NCBI GenBank assembly: GCA_964016885.1
Contig: OZ024758.1
Location: 16,368,001-16,432,000, forward strand
Source: Eledone cirrhosa
Lineage: Eukaryota
Length of the DNA stretch: 64,000 nucleotides
Direction: 5' to 3'
Below, piece by piece: positions 1 through 13,509 of this stretch; positions within the stretch are counted from its first letter, which is position 1; every line of letters begins with the position of its first letter. The translations under genes were made by a program, and so were the position numbers. The notes beneath the pieces were generated by a model. It was given only the letters and a program-made list of their open reading frames with translations, was not told the DNA's origin and made no database searches.

Positions 1-27
1 ATGTTCTCACACACACACTATATAATG

Positions 28-85
<58 letters not shown>

Positions 86-86
86 C

Positions 87-125
<39 letters not shown>

Positions 126-200
126 TGTAAGTATATATATGTATATGCATACTTACGTACGTATGCATCTATTAATCTATCTATATATTTACACACAGAT

Positions 201-273
<73 letters not shown>

Positions 274-284
274 TACACATGCAT

Positions 285-317
<33 letters not shown>

Positions 318-360
318 CACACGCATACATATCTATATGTACGTATATATATAAATATAA

Positions 361-399
<39 letters not shown>

Positions 400-510
400 T
401 ACGTGTATATATACGTATATGTGTATGTATGTCTATGTGTATATGTAGGAATAAGGTGTGTATGAGCGTGTACATATATATGTGTGTGTGTGTGTGTATT
501 TTTCGGGGAC

Positions 511-580
<70 letters not shown>

Positions 581-582
581 TT

Positions 583-631
<49 letters not shown>

Positions 632-906
632 ATGTATATATATATATATTCACCTCTGCCTATGTGTATGTGTATATGTAGCTGTATATATGTGTGGTGG
701 TGTGAGAGCGTGTGCTGAACGTGGGAACTAGGAACGCTCCTCTCTTCACACTATCACAATTCTCTTGTAACATTTCAGATCTGCTGGATTCTGTTCTGTG
801 TAAATGGCTGCCGTTATGACAGCTAAGAGCTTAAAGGTCATTTCTTGTTTTATGCTTTTATCTATCTATCTTGTGTCTTGTTGGTTTAATCAAAGCTCCA
901 TGGTTA

Positions 907-952
<46 letters not shown>

Positions 953-1498
953 GTGTGTGTGTGTGTATTTGTATTTATATATATTTATAAGTATGTATAT
1001 ATACTTGTATGTATGTAAATATATATATATATATATATATAGATATAAATATAAATATGTGTGTGTGTATTTGTATTTATATATATTTATAAGTATGTAT
1101 ATATACTTGTATGTATGTAAATATATATATATATATATATACATATCAATATAAATATGTGTGTGTGTATTTGTATTTATATATATTTATAAGTATGTAT
1201 ATATACTTGTATGTATGTAAATATATATATATATATATATACATATAAATATAAATATATATATATATTTGTATGTATATACATATGTTTGTATGTATGT
1301 ATATATATATGTTTGTATATATATATATATGTTTGTATGTATATATATATGTTTGTATGTATATATATATATATATATATGTTTGTTTGTATATATATAT
1401 ATATATGTTTGTATGTAAATATATTTGTATATATATATATATATATACGTTATTCCGGGTTGAATCGGAGGTAACCACATATTAAAACTATATATTAA

Positions 1499-1588
<90 letters not shown>

Positions 1589-1770
1589 GTATATATATAT
1601 ATTATATATAATTTAATGGTTTGTAACTTTACGTTACACACACACACACATAGACACATATGTATATAGAAATGTACGTTAGTTTTTGTACGTGTGTGTG
1701 TGTATGTATGTGTGATATTTGTACATGTGTGCGCATGTGTACGTGTGTCTGAGTCTGTGTGTGTCGGTGA
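1..1770. repeat. (AT)n/(GT)n/(AG)n compound microsatellite block
   Basis: Direct reading; ORFs here are YI/CV-repeat artefacts. Confidence 0.95.
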
Positions 1771-2279
1771 AACAGCATCAACAGAAATGAAACATTTTAG
1801 CTTAAACAGTTCAACTGAAACTGCAGGAATGTCCAAATTATTTTGCAATTACAATAGAGAGAACTTTTTTCTGTTTTGACTAGACATAACATTTCTAACT
1901 TTTTTTTAGAGAATCTCAAATAGGAAGTGTGAAGCTCGTGTTTCCCGATACAATTAGTGCCATAAGTACTAAGGAAATGACTTCAACATTGGATTCAAAT
2001 CTCCTGGCCAATACTCCTTGTCGGTGCTTTACTATGTCATATTGATTTTCGGTATAGGTATATATAAAACTACAACATATGTGAAACAAAGCAGCGAAGA
2101 CGATTAAGCTTTTTGTTACTATTTTGATTGCATTGGTCAGGCGAAAAAATGTTGGTCAGAGAAGGTGAGTGTTGCTATAAGGAAAAAAAATAGAACCCTT
2201 CATTAGGGTGTCTTAATATTATTGAAATTTGCTGACATTTTATGAATAGGCATCATATCTTGTCATTTACCTATGGTTT

Positions 2280-2512
2280 ATTTATTTCATATAAATCGAA
2301 GGGACAACATTTCAGCGGGGATTTCGGCGGGGGTTTGAGACCCCGGGGAACTCTTCGATTAAAATGAAATATACGTAGGAAATCAAATGACCATAAGCCC
2401 CACACACAGGTGACAAGTTTCATGAAGATCCGTTAGGTAGTATTTGAGTTTTAGGTCCACAAACAAATACACAGAAACAGACAGAAATTGCCTTGTATAT
2501 AGCTATATATAT
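2280..2512 (+). mobile_element. Possible non-autonomous Helitron-like end
   Basis: aagtttcatgaagatccg...acaaacaaatacacagaaacagacagaaattgccttgtatatag resembles common invertebrate non-autonomous rolling-circle element ends; pattern recall only. Confidence 0.3.
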
Positions 2513-3036
2513 AATTTCTAACAAATACACAGCCAAACATTTGGGTTGCCTAGTATAGACAGCGATATAAGCAATTATATCAACATGATAATTCACTAAT
2601 ACTTAATACCATCAAATCCAGAAAGGCTATTCAATCCCAACAAGATTCAAACCTAGAATGTACGATACGCAACAATAGTCTAGATGGTATACTGTCCATT
2701 CTGGTATCTAGCAGGCATTTTGATTTATACATTATTGTATCGATTGCGATATTTTACAATTTTCATCTTATAAAATATTGCGAGGGAAATCTGAAATTGG
2801 ATAATTGAAGTATTAGAGGCGATAAATTACAGAATGAAAGTACGAAACATCAGCACAGATGTGACTAAGTGCTTTAGGTAAATCATTTAGCAAGAATAAT
2901 TAATGCCAACATACATTTCTAGGTGGTGTCTTTGAATTATTTATTCTCGTTTTATAGGTTTGAATGATAAATACACTAAAAGCGCACTGAATTAACGGCT
3001 CATATATTGTGTAGAGAATTAAAGATAATAGTTTTT

Positions 3037-3245
3037 AATTTTTGCTCAAGGCCAGCAATTTTATCGAGACGAGATAGTTGATTAGATCGAACCCAGTCAT
3101 TAACTGGTACTTTATCTTATCAAAGACATAAGGGTGAAGGATTAAGTTTACCTTAGTGGGAATTGAACTCGAAATGTAATGAGGCAGGACAAATAACGTG
3201 TAAGGTTTTGCCCATCGCTATAAATATTTTCCCAAATCCGCCATC
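3037..3245 (-). mobile_element. Degenerate tRNA-derived SINE (same family as 18687)
   Basis: aaggccagcaatt...actggtactttat...ttgaactc is the reverse complement of the SINE body seen many times in the window. Confidence 0.7.
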
Positions 3246-3294
3246 TTTGACATGTAGAGTCAATATGGTAATTGTTCTTATGAATAATTATTTA

Positions 3295-3470
3295 TCGTAA
3301 GTCCAATACCCTTACCACCAGGCCACGTGCCTCCACCATAGTGTGGACCATAATGTCGTTAGTTCGATTCCTGGGCTGGGTTGCGTGTTGTGTTCTTGAG
3401 CAAAACACTTAATTTCACGTTGCTCCAGTATACTCAGCTGAATATGAGTACCAGAAATAGCTGGAAGTTT
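3295..3470 (+). mobile_element. CORE-type tRNA SINE with inverted 5' piece
   Basis: B-box gttcgattcc at ~3362 and CORE-like gtgttcttgagcaaaacacttaa; the A-box head lies inverted at ~3297-3338. Confidence 0.65.
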
Positions 3471-4975
3471 AACCCTGCCATGGACTGGCGTCCTATCCAG
3501 AGAAAGGGAGGGGGATATTGTACTCTCAGTTGCTTCACACCACGGAAACTGAGATAACTATCAGCCTGGTGAGCCTCAGGGCTCGAAACAGACTACAACT
3601 TTGTGATGGATTGGCAACCTGTCCAGGGGAGGTCATGTACTCTCCGTCGCTTCACACCATGGAAACCGAGAGAAATCCTAGCCTTACGAACCACCGAGAT
3701 GTAGACAAACTTTAACCCTGTAGTGGATTGGTGTCCTGTCCGGGAGGGGAAGTCTTGTACTCTTAGTCACTTCACACCACGGACAACAGGATAAACACCG
3801 GCCTAATGTGCCTCTCAACACGAGACTGATTTTAACCCTGCGATGGTCTCACGTCCTATCTAGGAGGAGTCTTGAACTCTTAGTCGCTCCACGCTATGGA
3901 ACCGGGATAAGCAACGGACTGATGGGCCTGAAGGCTTGCGACAGACTTTAACCCTGCGATGGACTGGTGTCTTGTCCAGGGTGGAGTCTTGTACTCACAC
4001 TTCACACCACAAACAGCTGGGTAAGAACATGCCAGACGAGCTTTCGAGCTTCCGAGCTCGAGACAGACTTTGAATAACTGGCGTCCTGTCCAGGGTGGAG
4101 TCTTGTACTCACACTTCACACCACAAACACCTGGATAAGAACATGCCTGACGAGCTTTCGAGCTTCTGAGCTCGAGACAGACTTTGAATAACTGGCGTCC
4201 TGTCCAGGGTGGAGTCTTGTACTCACACTTCACACCACAAACACCTGGATAAGAACATGCCTGACGAGCTTTCGAGCTTCTGAGCTCGAGACAGACTTTG
4301 AATAACTGGCGTCCTGTCCAGGGTGGAGTCTTGTACTCACACTTCACACCACAAACACCTGGATAAGAACATGCCTGACGAGCTTTCGAGCTTCTGAGCT
4401 CGAGACAGACTTTGAATAACTGGCGTCCTGTCCAGGGTGGAGTCTTGTACTCACACTTCACACCACAAACACCTGGATAAGAACATGCCTGACGAGCTTT
4501 CGATCTTCCGAGCTCGAGACAGACTTTGAATAACTGGCGTCCTGTCCAGGGTGGAGTCTTGTACTCACACTTCACACCACAAACACCTGGACAAGAACAT
4601 GCCTGACGAGCTTTCGATCTTCCGAGCTCGAGACAGACTTTGAATAACTGGCGTCCTGTCCAGGGTGGAGTCTTGTACTCACACTTCCCACCACAAACAC
4701 CTGGATAAGAACATGCCTGACGAGCTTTCGAGCTTCTGAGCTCGAGACAGACTTTGAATAACTGGCGTCCTGTCCAGGGTGGAGTCTTGTACTCACACTT
4801 CACACCACAAACACCTGGATAAGAACATGCCTGACGAGCTTTCGAGCTTCTGAGCTCGAGACAGACTTTGAATAACTGGCGTCCTGTCCAGGGTGGAGTC
4901 TTGTACTCACACCACAAACACCTGGATAAGAACATCCCTGGCGAGCTTTCGAGCTTCCGAGCTCGAGACAGACTT
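3470..4975 (+). repeat. SINE-3'-derived tandem array: ~4 diverged units then 9 homogeneous 114-bp units
   Basis: gcgtcc recurs at 4081, 4195, 4309...4879 (period 114); unit contains the V/Meta-SINE-like ctggcgtcctgtccagggtgg. Confidence 0.9.
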
Positions 4976-5309
4976 CAGTCTTAGACTTGCATTAAATATA
5001 ACGCAATATATATATTTCTCTAATATATACTTGTAAGCTAGAATGTGAAAATATGAGAAAATGAGAAAATATATACTAAAAAAAAAAAGCCATAAATGTG
5101 ATATTGATACAATAAACAAGCTTGAACAAGGAATGAGAACAGCCACGTCTATTGTTTCAATATATGTTATATGATATATATCTTGTTTGATTTTTCTGTT
5201 ATTATTTTTCCAATTAAAATCATTGATCTATATTTTATTTGAAACGGGAAACATGATAATAAGTGACTGAATACTTACAACGCTAACATCTTTACATACA
5301 TACGCACGT

Positions 5310-5325
5310 ACGTACATACGTACGG

Positions 5326-5404
<79 letters not shown>

Positions 5405-6240
5405 TATATATATATACATATATAAATATACATATATATATATGTAGTTTTATATATATATATATATATACATGTATACAAATAAATATACATATATAAA
5501 TGTATATATATAGAGGTATATATATATATATATATACATGTATCTATATAAATATACATATATATATAGATACATGTATATATATACCTCTCTATATATA
5601 CATTTATATATGTATATTTATATGTATACATGTATATATATATATATATATAGAGAGAGAGATAAAACCATATATATATATATTTATATATGTATATATA
5701 TATGCGTGTGGGTGTGAATATATATGGAGGTATATATCTATACATGTATACATATATACATATATAGATACATATATATATGTATATACATGTATCTATA
5801 TGTTTATATATATATATGTATATATATGTATCTATATATTTATATATATATATGTATATATATATTTATATATATATATGTATATGTATCTATATATTTA
5901 TATATATATGTATCTATATATTTATCTATATATGTATATATATGTATCTATATATTTATATATACGTATCTATATATTTATATATACGTATCTATATATT
6001 TATATATACGTATATATATATATTTATATATATGTATATATATATTTATATATACGTATATATATATATATATATATATATGTCTCTATATATTTAAATA
6101 TACGTATATATATCTTTTTTATATAAACGTATATATGTATGTATATAAACGTACTTATATCTATCTATATATCTATATATATATATGTATATATGTGTAT
6201 GTATATATGTGTATGTATGTATGTATGTATGTATGTATGT

Positions 6241-6320
<80 letters not shown>

Positions 6321-7060
6321 ATGTATGTATGTATGTATGTATGTATGTATGTATGTATGCATGTATTTATGTGCGATATCTCAAGTCAAATTTACTTATT
6401 CAACTTCCATCTATAAAATAAAACAAACAAGTCAATATGCTTCCATTGAATACAAATTGAAGATATATATATAAAAAAAAATGCATTGATAATACATTAT
6501 TATGATATTTCAAATATAATCCTCTATAAATTGCCTATCTGAAGCTAAGAAAGATTGTATTTGATAACACTCCATTGTTGATATAATAGATCAGAATACA
6601 AGAGAGTCTTGTTCGATATTCCCCTGTAGAACACTTTGTCTATCTATCTATATATCTATCTATTTAGATATATATCTATATATCTATCTATATATCTATC
6701 TATTTAGATATATATCTATGTATCTATCTATATATCTATCTATTTAGATATATATATATATCTATCTACATATCTATCTACATATCTATCTATTTAGATA
6801 TATATCTATATATCTATCTATCTATCTATTTAGATATCTATCTATATATCTATATATCTATCTATATAGCTATCTATTTAGATATATATCTTTGTATCTA
6901 TCTATATATCTATATCTATCTATCTATCTATATCTATCTATCTATATCTATATATCTATCTATCTATCTATATAGCTATATCTATCTATATATCTATCTA
7001 TATATATCTATCTATATAGATATATCTATCTATATAATCTATCTATATATCTACTTACCT
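5310..7060. repeat. (CA)n, degenerate (AT)n, (ATGT)n and (TATC)n microsatellites
   Basis: Direct reading. Confidence 0.9.
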
Positions 7061-7602
7061 ATGTATCTGTCTGTTTGTCTGTCAATGTATCTGTCTGTCT
7101 ATCTATGTTTGTCTTTATGAAGGAAGGCGAGAGGGGAGAGAGAGGTGCTACACCCCAGTAAATTCGCTGAGAGGTGGGTGAATGTGGCGAAAATGGCCCG
7201 AGTGAATGGACCTTCTCTGTATATAAACCTGTAGGTTGAGGAAGACAAACAGAGGGAAGACAGGAACACCTACAAAACATGTTCATGTTGAGGGTCGTTC
7301 TATCCACGGAGTGTAAAACAACCCTGCAGTAACGTTCCCTCCTATTGGGGATTTCAATTGTTATTTTATTATATATAGTTTATTGTTATTTATTAATGTT
7401 AGAGTTATATGATTTTTATGTAAAGCCCCAGCCGCCACGTCTTGTTATGTCCCATTTTTATACGCCCCTGTGGCAAATAAAGAAAGATATCTATCATTGT
7501 TAAAGATTTTATGTAAAAAAAAACCCGTCTTGTAATGCCCCCATTTATGTACGTCCTTGTGGCAAATAAAGAAAGATATCTGACTATCTGCCAATATATC
7601 TT

Positions 7603-7671
<69 letters not shown>

Positions 7672-7829
7672 ATACTTTGGGAGGGTCATGTTGCCAATAA
7701 GAAACACACGCACCAGTTGCTTTCACTTCAATTTATTATATATTTATAAATTTATAAATTTACAAATCTACAAACCTATAAATTTCTGGTTGGTTGGTTG
7801 GTTCCACAACCAGATAGTTGTTTATATAT

Positions 7830-7874
7830 AGTCATAGTCCTTTCGTCACACACTCTGTGACCTCTTCAGAGACT
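7830..7874 (-). ncRNA. Minimal type I hammerhead ribozyme (inverted copy of 8507)
   Basis: AGTCT CTGAAGA G GTCACA..TGTGAC GAAA GGACTA TGACT; one stem I mismatch. Confidence 0.65.
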
Positions 7875-8072
7875 GGGGATTCCTATCTTTGTTTCTGTGC
7901 CTTTCCTTTCTTCTACCCTACGCCATTTTTTTTTCTGTGTGTGTGTTGTGTGCTCAGTTTGCGCATTCAGAAACGAAATATATATATATAATTATATATA
8001 TATATTTCGTTTCTGAATTTGTTTAGCAAGATTCTTTATCTGAAATCGTGTGTTGAAACCGATATTGTTATA

Positions 8073-8285
8073 CGGATAAATGAACACTGGCGAGACATTC
8101 AAGATAATAAAGAATCATCTGTACTCTACTAACATGCTAAGATAGAACACAAGGGTAAATTAGAGAACATAGAAATAAAAATAGAATCTACACACAGAAA
8201 AGACGCAATGTTTAGACAAATTACAGAGGCAATAAACATAAAAGAATTACAACCAAAATTAAATAGAAAATATGAGTGGAACAGC
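8073..8285 (+). pseudogene. GIY-YIG endonuclease C-terminal half (PLE)
   Basis: Translates RINEHWRDIQDNKESSVLY*HAKIEHKG...AMFRQITEAINIKELQPKLNRKYEWN, matching R..EH...S...H..H...R.I.EA..I....P.LN; one stop. Confidence 0.8.
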
Positions 8286-8506
8286 AACATCACAACTTAC
8301 AATTAAGGACAAAATGAAAACACACACACACATAGAACAAACAACCAACCAGTAACATGTAAATAAACAAATAAATAAATGAACATAAACACACACAGAC
8401 ACCCGGATGTGGCGCATGCGCAGACTGAGCACACAACACACACACAGAAACAAAATGGCGTAGGACAGAACAAAGGAGAGGCACAGAAACAAAGAAAGGA
8501 ATCCCC

Positions 8507-8551
8507 AGTCACTGAAGAGGTCACAGAGTGTGTGACGAAAGAACTATGACT
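8507..8551 (+). ncRNA. Minimal type I hammerhead ribozyme
   Basis: Stem I AGTCA/TGACT, core CTGAAGA, stem II GTCACA/TGTGAC, GAAA, minimal stem III, CUA cleavage triplet. Confidence 0.8.
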
Positions 8552-8693
8552 ATATATAAACAACTATCTGGTTGTGGAACCAACCAACCAACCAACCAGA
8601 AATTTATAAATTTATAAATATATAATAAATTGAAGTGAAAGCAACTGGTGCGTGTGTTTCTTATTGGCAACATGACCCTCCCAAAGTATAACA

Positions 8694-8724
<31 letters not shown>

Positions 8725-8767
8725 TATATAATATATAAGATCAAAAGATGGTTAAAAGAGTTCCATG

Positions 8768-8838
8768 TATTTTATTATGCGCATTTCAAAAACAAATATC
8801 ATCATGCAATAACATTTGCGTTTTCGTCAGATAAAATA
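8768..8838 (-). ncRNA. Type I hammerhead ribozyme in fold-back element 8733-8985
   Basis: Stem I TATTTTAT/ATAAAATA, CTGACGA, long stem II, GAAA, palindromic stem III ATGCGCAT, AUA triplet. Confidence 0.85.
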
Positions 8839-9078
8839 GGGAGACATGATATGACGGTTAAAACACACTTGTGAATAGTGCAGTTTTAAATCAATATATA
8901 TTATGCTATTGCATTATGATATTTGTTTTTGAAATGCGCATAATAATACATGGAACTCTTTTAACCATCTTTTGATCTTATATATTATTTATACTCCAGT
9001 CCTACAAACTGTAGAGTGCTTCTTATCCGATATCTGCATTGCTTTATTGTACTACAATAAAACTCACCTCCTACACAC

Positions 9079-9125
<47 letters not shown>

Positions 9126-9128
<3 letters not shown>

Positions 9129-9302
9129 AACAAGTAAGACCCCGACGGCTGAACTCAAGCCGTTTCGACGGCTAATTCTGGACGAAACGGCTTGAGCTCA
9201 GCCGTCGGGGTCTTACTTGTTCCTATTACCCACTCTACTACTCTAAGTATTGAGTACTTTGGTGCGTTATGGTCCACCTGGTTGCTTACCACATTTCCTT
9301 CG

Positions 9303-9304
<2 letters not shown>
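9126..9304 (+). mobile_element. Fold-back PLE-type element, family E (3' half of an HHR)
   Basis: GAAACGGCT-tgagctc-AGCCGT-C-GGGGTC with inverted left arm. Other copies at 22087-22150, 28638-28827, 33880-34071, 44120-44220 and 61978-62132. Confidence 0.75.
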
Positions 9305-9337
<33 letters not shown>

Positions 9338-9397
9338 AGCGTTAACCTAATAAACCTTTATTTTTCTGCCTCTCTGTATTTGTTCCCGTCCAAGTTT

Positions 9398-9459
<62 letters not shown>

Positions 9460-9631
9460 ATAATTCCCTCTTTGTCTATCTATTCCTCAGTGTATGATGT
9501 TCTATAATTCCTGAATTATATTTTCTAGAGTGTTCCTTTCAGTATTATATTTTGTTATTTAGCAAATGCACATGACAGAAATTCCAAATATAGTAAAATA
9601 TTGGTAGCATGTAATATGAATGTCAGAAAAG

Positions 9632-9702
9632 ATCATTTCTCTGTGTTATGTATTTGGCAAATACGTATACACTCACATACACATCGAAATATACATAAAC
9701 AC

Positions 9703-9768
<66 letters not shown>

Positions 9769-9835
9769 TTATGTGTATTTCGGTGTGTATGTGAGTGTAT
9801 ACGTATTTGCCAAATACATAACACAGAGAAATGAT
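9632..9835. repeat. Near-perfect ~70-bp inverted repeat around an (AT)n centre
   Basis: atcatttctctgtgttatg...cataaacac / gtgtttatg...cataacacagagaaatgat. Confidence 0.9.
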
Positions 9836-9866
9836 ATATATATATATATGTGAGAGAGTGTATATA

Positions 9867-9926
<60 letters not shown>

Positions 9927-10144
9927 CTGTCACACATAAACACTAACATAAACTCACACATATAGACACACACTCTTTCTCACACTTATACTTATATATA
10001 CATGTTTATATGTATATATATATATACATACATATGTTTATATATATATAAACATACGTTTATATGTATATATATATATACATACATATGTTTATATATA
10101 TATAAACATACATATGTTTATATATATATAAACATACATATGTT

Positions 10145-10175
<31 letters not shown>

Positions 10176-10201
10176 GTTTATATATATATAAACATACATA
10201 T

Positions 10202-10243
<42 letters not shown>

Positions 10244-10889
10244 GTTTATATATATATAAACATACATATGTTTATGTATATAGAAATATACATATGTTTA
10301 TGAATATATAAATATACATATGTTTATGTATATATAAATATACATATGTTTATGAATATATAAATATACATATGTTTATGTATATATAAATATACATATG
10401 TTTATATATATATAAATATACATATGTTTATATATATAAACATACATATGTTTATATATATATAAACATACATATGTTTATATATATATATAAACATACA
10501 TATGTTTATATATATATATATAAACATACATATATATATATATATTACATATATATATACATATATACATATGTTTATATATATATATATATATATATAT
10601 TACATATATATACATATGTTTATATATATATATATATATAGATGCCTGCATATTTCCATCTTTCTGAGCTCATTAGTTAATGCATTTGCAGAAGAAGGGA
10701 CTCAGTGAGTAGGATCACAGAACAAGAAAGACAAATCATTATCGTTGTAGTATAGTATAGAGAACAGATTATATTCTATGATATATACTTGGTAGAAAAT
10801 ATATCTGAAACCTCCATGATTTATGTAAGCAAATTGCATAACAAATTACACAGCAAGGAATGAAGTAGATGCATTCTTGAATACTATAG

Positions 10890-11590
10890 TTCTTCTTATT
10901 CCTTTTCGCCCATTTATTTCTGAGAGGGTCGGAGGGGGGGGGGGGGGGGGGGGGTTAAGGTTCTGAAACACTCCTTCCAGCGAGTCCTGTCAGAAGCAAC
11001 CGTCTCCAACTGATCAGGCTGGACCCTCAATCGAGACCAGCCAAGCTCATTGATGTTATCCAACTATCTTGTTCAGGGTTTACCCCTGGGTCTCCTACCT
11101 GTTGGATTTGCTCGTAAAATCTGACCAGCGATTCTTTCCTGAGGCATTCTAGCCACATGCCCGTAGTCTCGGAGCTGTGTTCTCTCAATTCGGAGAAGTA
11201 TCAGCTCTACCTGGAGAGACTCTCTGTTCTCTGAGCTACAAGTCTGTCCAGCGATTCTTTCCCCGAGACATTTTAACCACATGCCCATAGTATTGGAGCT
11301 GTGATCTCTCAATTCGGAGAAGTATCAGCTCTATCTGGAGAGACTCTCTGTTCTCTGAGCTACAAGTCTGTCCAGCGATTCTTTCCTGAGACATTTTAAC
11401 CACATGCCCATAGTATTGGAGCTGTGATCTCTCAATTTTGTCCAGCTAGTCTTTCCAGAGACATCCTAACCACATGCACATGATATCGGAGCTGTGATCT
11501 CTGAATTTGGAGAAGTAACGGCTCTACCTGGAGTGACTCTCTGAGCTCTGTGTTACGCATTTTATCGAGTAACGTTACTCCAAAGACCCT
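10890..11590 (-). mobile_element. RTE-clade LINE 3' fragment with internal tandem duplications
   Basis: LLRIERTQLRDYGHVARMPQERIAGQILRANPTGRRPRGKP is the typical RTE post-RT motif (GH..RM...GRRPRG.P). Confidence 0.8.
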
Positions 11591-12232
11591 TCCATCCCTA
11601 TTTGAATACCATAGTTCATTTATTTATTTCTCGATACATAGTGTAGATTCGAAATGGTAAACAACCAGATATTGTTGACCACAATACTAGGAGTTACAAT
11701 CAACTGCGGAAACCAATATACTAACATCAGATCGATGGAATAGTAATATTCGGATTTCTAACATATTGATTACAACCGCTATAGACACATTTTATGATGG
11801 TTTATTACTCTACTCTTATCGGCCTTCTTAGTTTATTGAGTATTTGTAATTCAACGCTGATCTCTTAATCACTCCTAGAAGAATATAGCTGTCCAGATTG
11901 TTGCCTTTATGTAATTTGATAGCTGGATGTAATGAAATATCTAGATACTCATTGGCATTTAGATTTATTTAGGCAGTTTATATATATACTTCATCTAAAG
12001 CTACAATATTATCTTCTTTAACAGGTAATCGTCTATCTCGTTCGGGGAAAAAAATATAAATGATAGGAGAAAACATTTATATATCAGGGTGAAAACAGAT
12101 AAAATAAAATGTATGTGTTGGCTCCAATTTCACTCTATTACTTTTTATACAAGTCTATCCATTTGTCCATTCATACATCTAGTTATTCATCCGTATATCT
12201 ATTCATCTATTCAACTACCCGTCTATCTTCAC

Positions 12233-12465
12233 ATGTATGTATGTATGTATGTATGTATGTATGTATGTATGTATGTATGTATGTATGTATGTATGTATGT
12301 CTCTATGTATGTATGTATGTATGTATGTATGTCTCTATGGATGTATGTATGTATGTCTCTATGTATGTATGTATGTATGTATGTGTATGTATGTGTGTAT
12401 GTATGTCTCTATGGATGTATGTATGTATGTATGTATGTATGTATGTATGTATGTATGTATGTATG
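12233..12465. repeat. (ATGT)n microsatellite with gtctctatg interruptions
   Basis: Direct reading. Confidence 0.95.
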
Positions 12466-13415
12466 TTCTTCTGGTTTTGTAATTTCACAAAGTTTTACCA
12501 ATAGGGAGAGAGTCGGTTTCTAACATAGACACAAGACTCTCTCATTGGAATTTACACAACATCAACTAGGTAGATATGTATGTCTGCATACAGGCATGTG
12601 TAGATATGGATGTTATTGTATGTGTGGATGTGGATGTTTTGAGTTGTATGTGTGCATGTGTATATGCTTTGTATCTGTACATGTGTATATGCAGTTACTA
12701 GATGCAAAATCTTTGGAATGTTTTACATATTTTTATGTATGTATGTATGTATGTATGTATGTATGTATGTATGTATGTATGTATGTATGTATGTGTGTAT
12801 GTATGTATGCATGCATGCATGCATGCATGTATGTAGTGTCTGTGTATGTATGTATGTTCTTCTGGTTTTATAATTTCACAAATGTTTACCAATAGAGAGA
12901 GCCGGTTTCTAACATAGACACAAGACTCTCTCATTGGAATTTTCACAACATCAACTAGGTAGATATGTATGCATGTCTGCATACAGGCATGTGTAGGTAT
13001 GGATGTTATTGTATGTGTGGATGTGTATGTTTTGAGTTGTATGTGTGCATGTGTATATGCTTTGCATCTGTACATGTGTATATGCAGTTATTAGATGCAA
13101 AATGTTTGGAATGTTTTACATATTTTTACTGTTCCATTAATGGATTGTAATTGTAATTTCCTAACTAGTTGTGTTCTTTCTGTTCCTGTGAAGCCTAGCT
13201 TCTCAAAATTTGTATTGAGGCAGTTACTAACATACCCCAGTGCCCCAATAATCACAGGCATAAATCTGAAGGTGTAATCAGGGTGGAATATCTGCAGATT
13301 TCTCATCAGTTCTGCATAAATATTCTCCTTTTCGCTAATCTTTGATATTATATTGGCATCTGCTGGGCAGCTAACTTCCACTACTGTGCATGCTTTCTTC
13401 TCCCTGTCCCATATC

Positions 13416-13417
<2 letters not shown>
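12465..13417 (-). mobile_element. R4/Dong-like non-LTR retrotransposon 3' end with duplicated 3' UTR in (TACA)n
   Basis: RLE ORF plus 3' UTR at 12855-13090; UTR repeated at 12465-12735 and, more diverged, at 14180-14430, each ending in (TACA)n. Confidence 0.75.
13091..13417 (-). pseudogene. Restriction-like endonuclease (PD-D/ExK) C-terminus, 5'-truncated
   Basis: IWD...VVEVSCP..NI..K..EK..Y..L...PVIIGALG pattern of RLE-bearing LINEs. Confidence 0.8.
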
Positions 13418-13446
<29 letters not shown>

Positions 13447-13509
13447 TGTATGTATGTATGTATGTATGTATGTATGTATGTATGTATGTATGTATGTATG
13501 TATGTATGT

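Larger units (their letters stand above)
7665..8695 (+). mobile_element. Penelope-like element 3' fragment with inverted pseudo-LTR
   Basis: 7665-7965 is an inverted copy of ~8410-8695; GIY-YIG C-terminus at 8073-8285; HHR in both arms; flanked by (AT)n. Confidence 0.85.

Noticed and set aside
4147-4178. CTGACGAG...CTCGAGAC (and CTGGTGAG..CTCGAAAC at ~3566) as hammerheads
   Set aside because: Stem II pairing consumes the core GA, GAAA is absent in the array, and there are no stems I or III; it matches a SINE/LINE tail hairpin.
3880-4935. 351-aa Cys-rich repeat ORF; also CRISPR-like periodicity
   Set aside because: Antisense reading of a 114-bp SINE-derived tandem; no unique spacers and no cas genes.
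12011-12030. Recursive splice-like ttctttaacag|gtaatc
   Set aside because: Single short motif, expected by chance, with no gene context.
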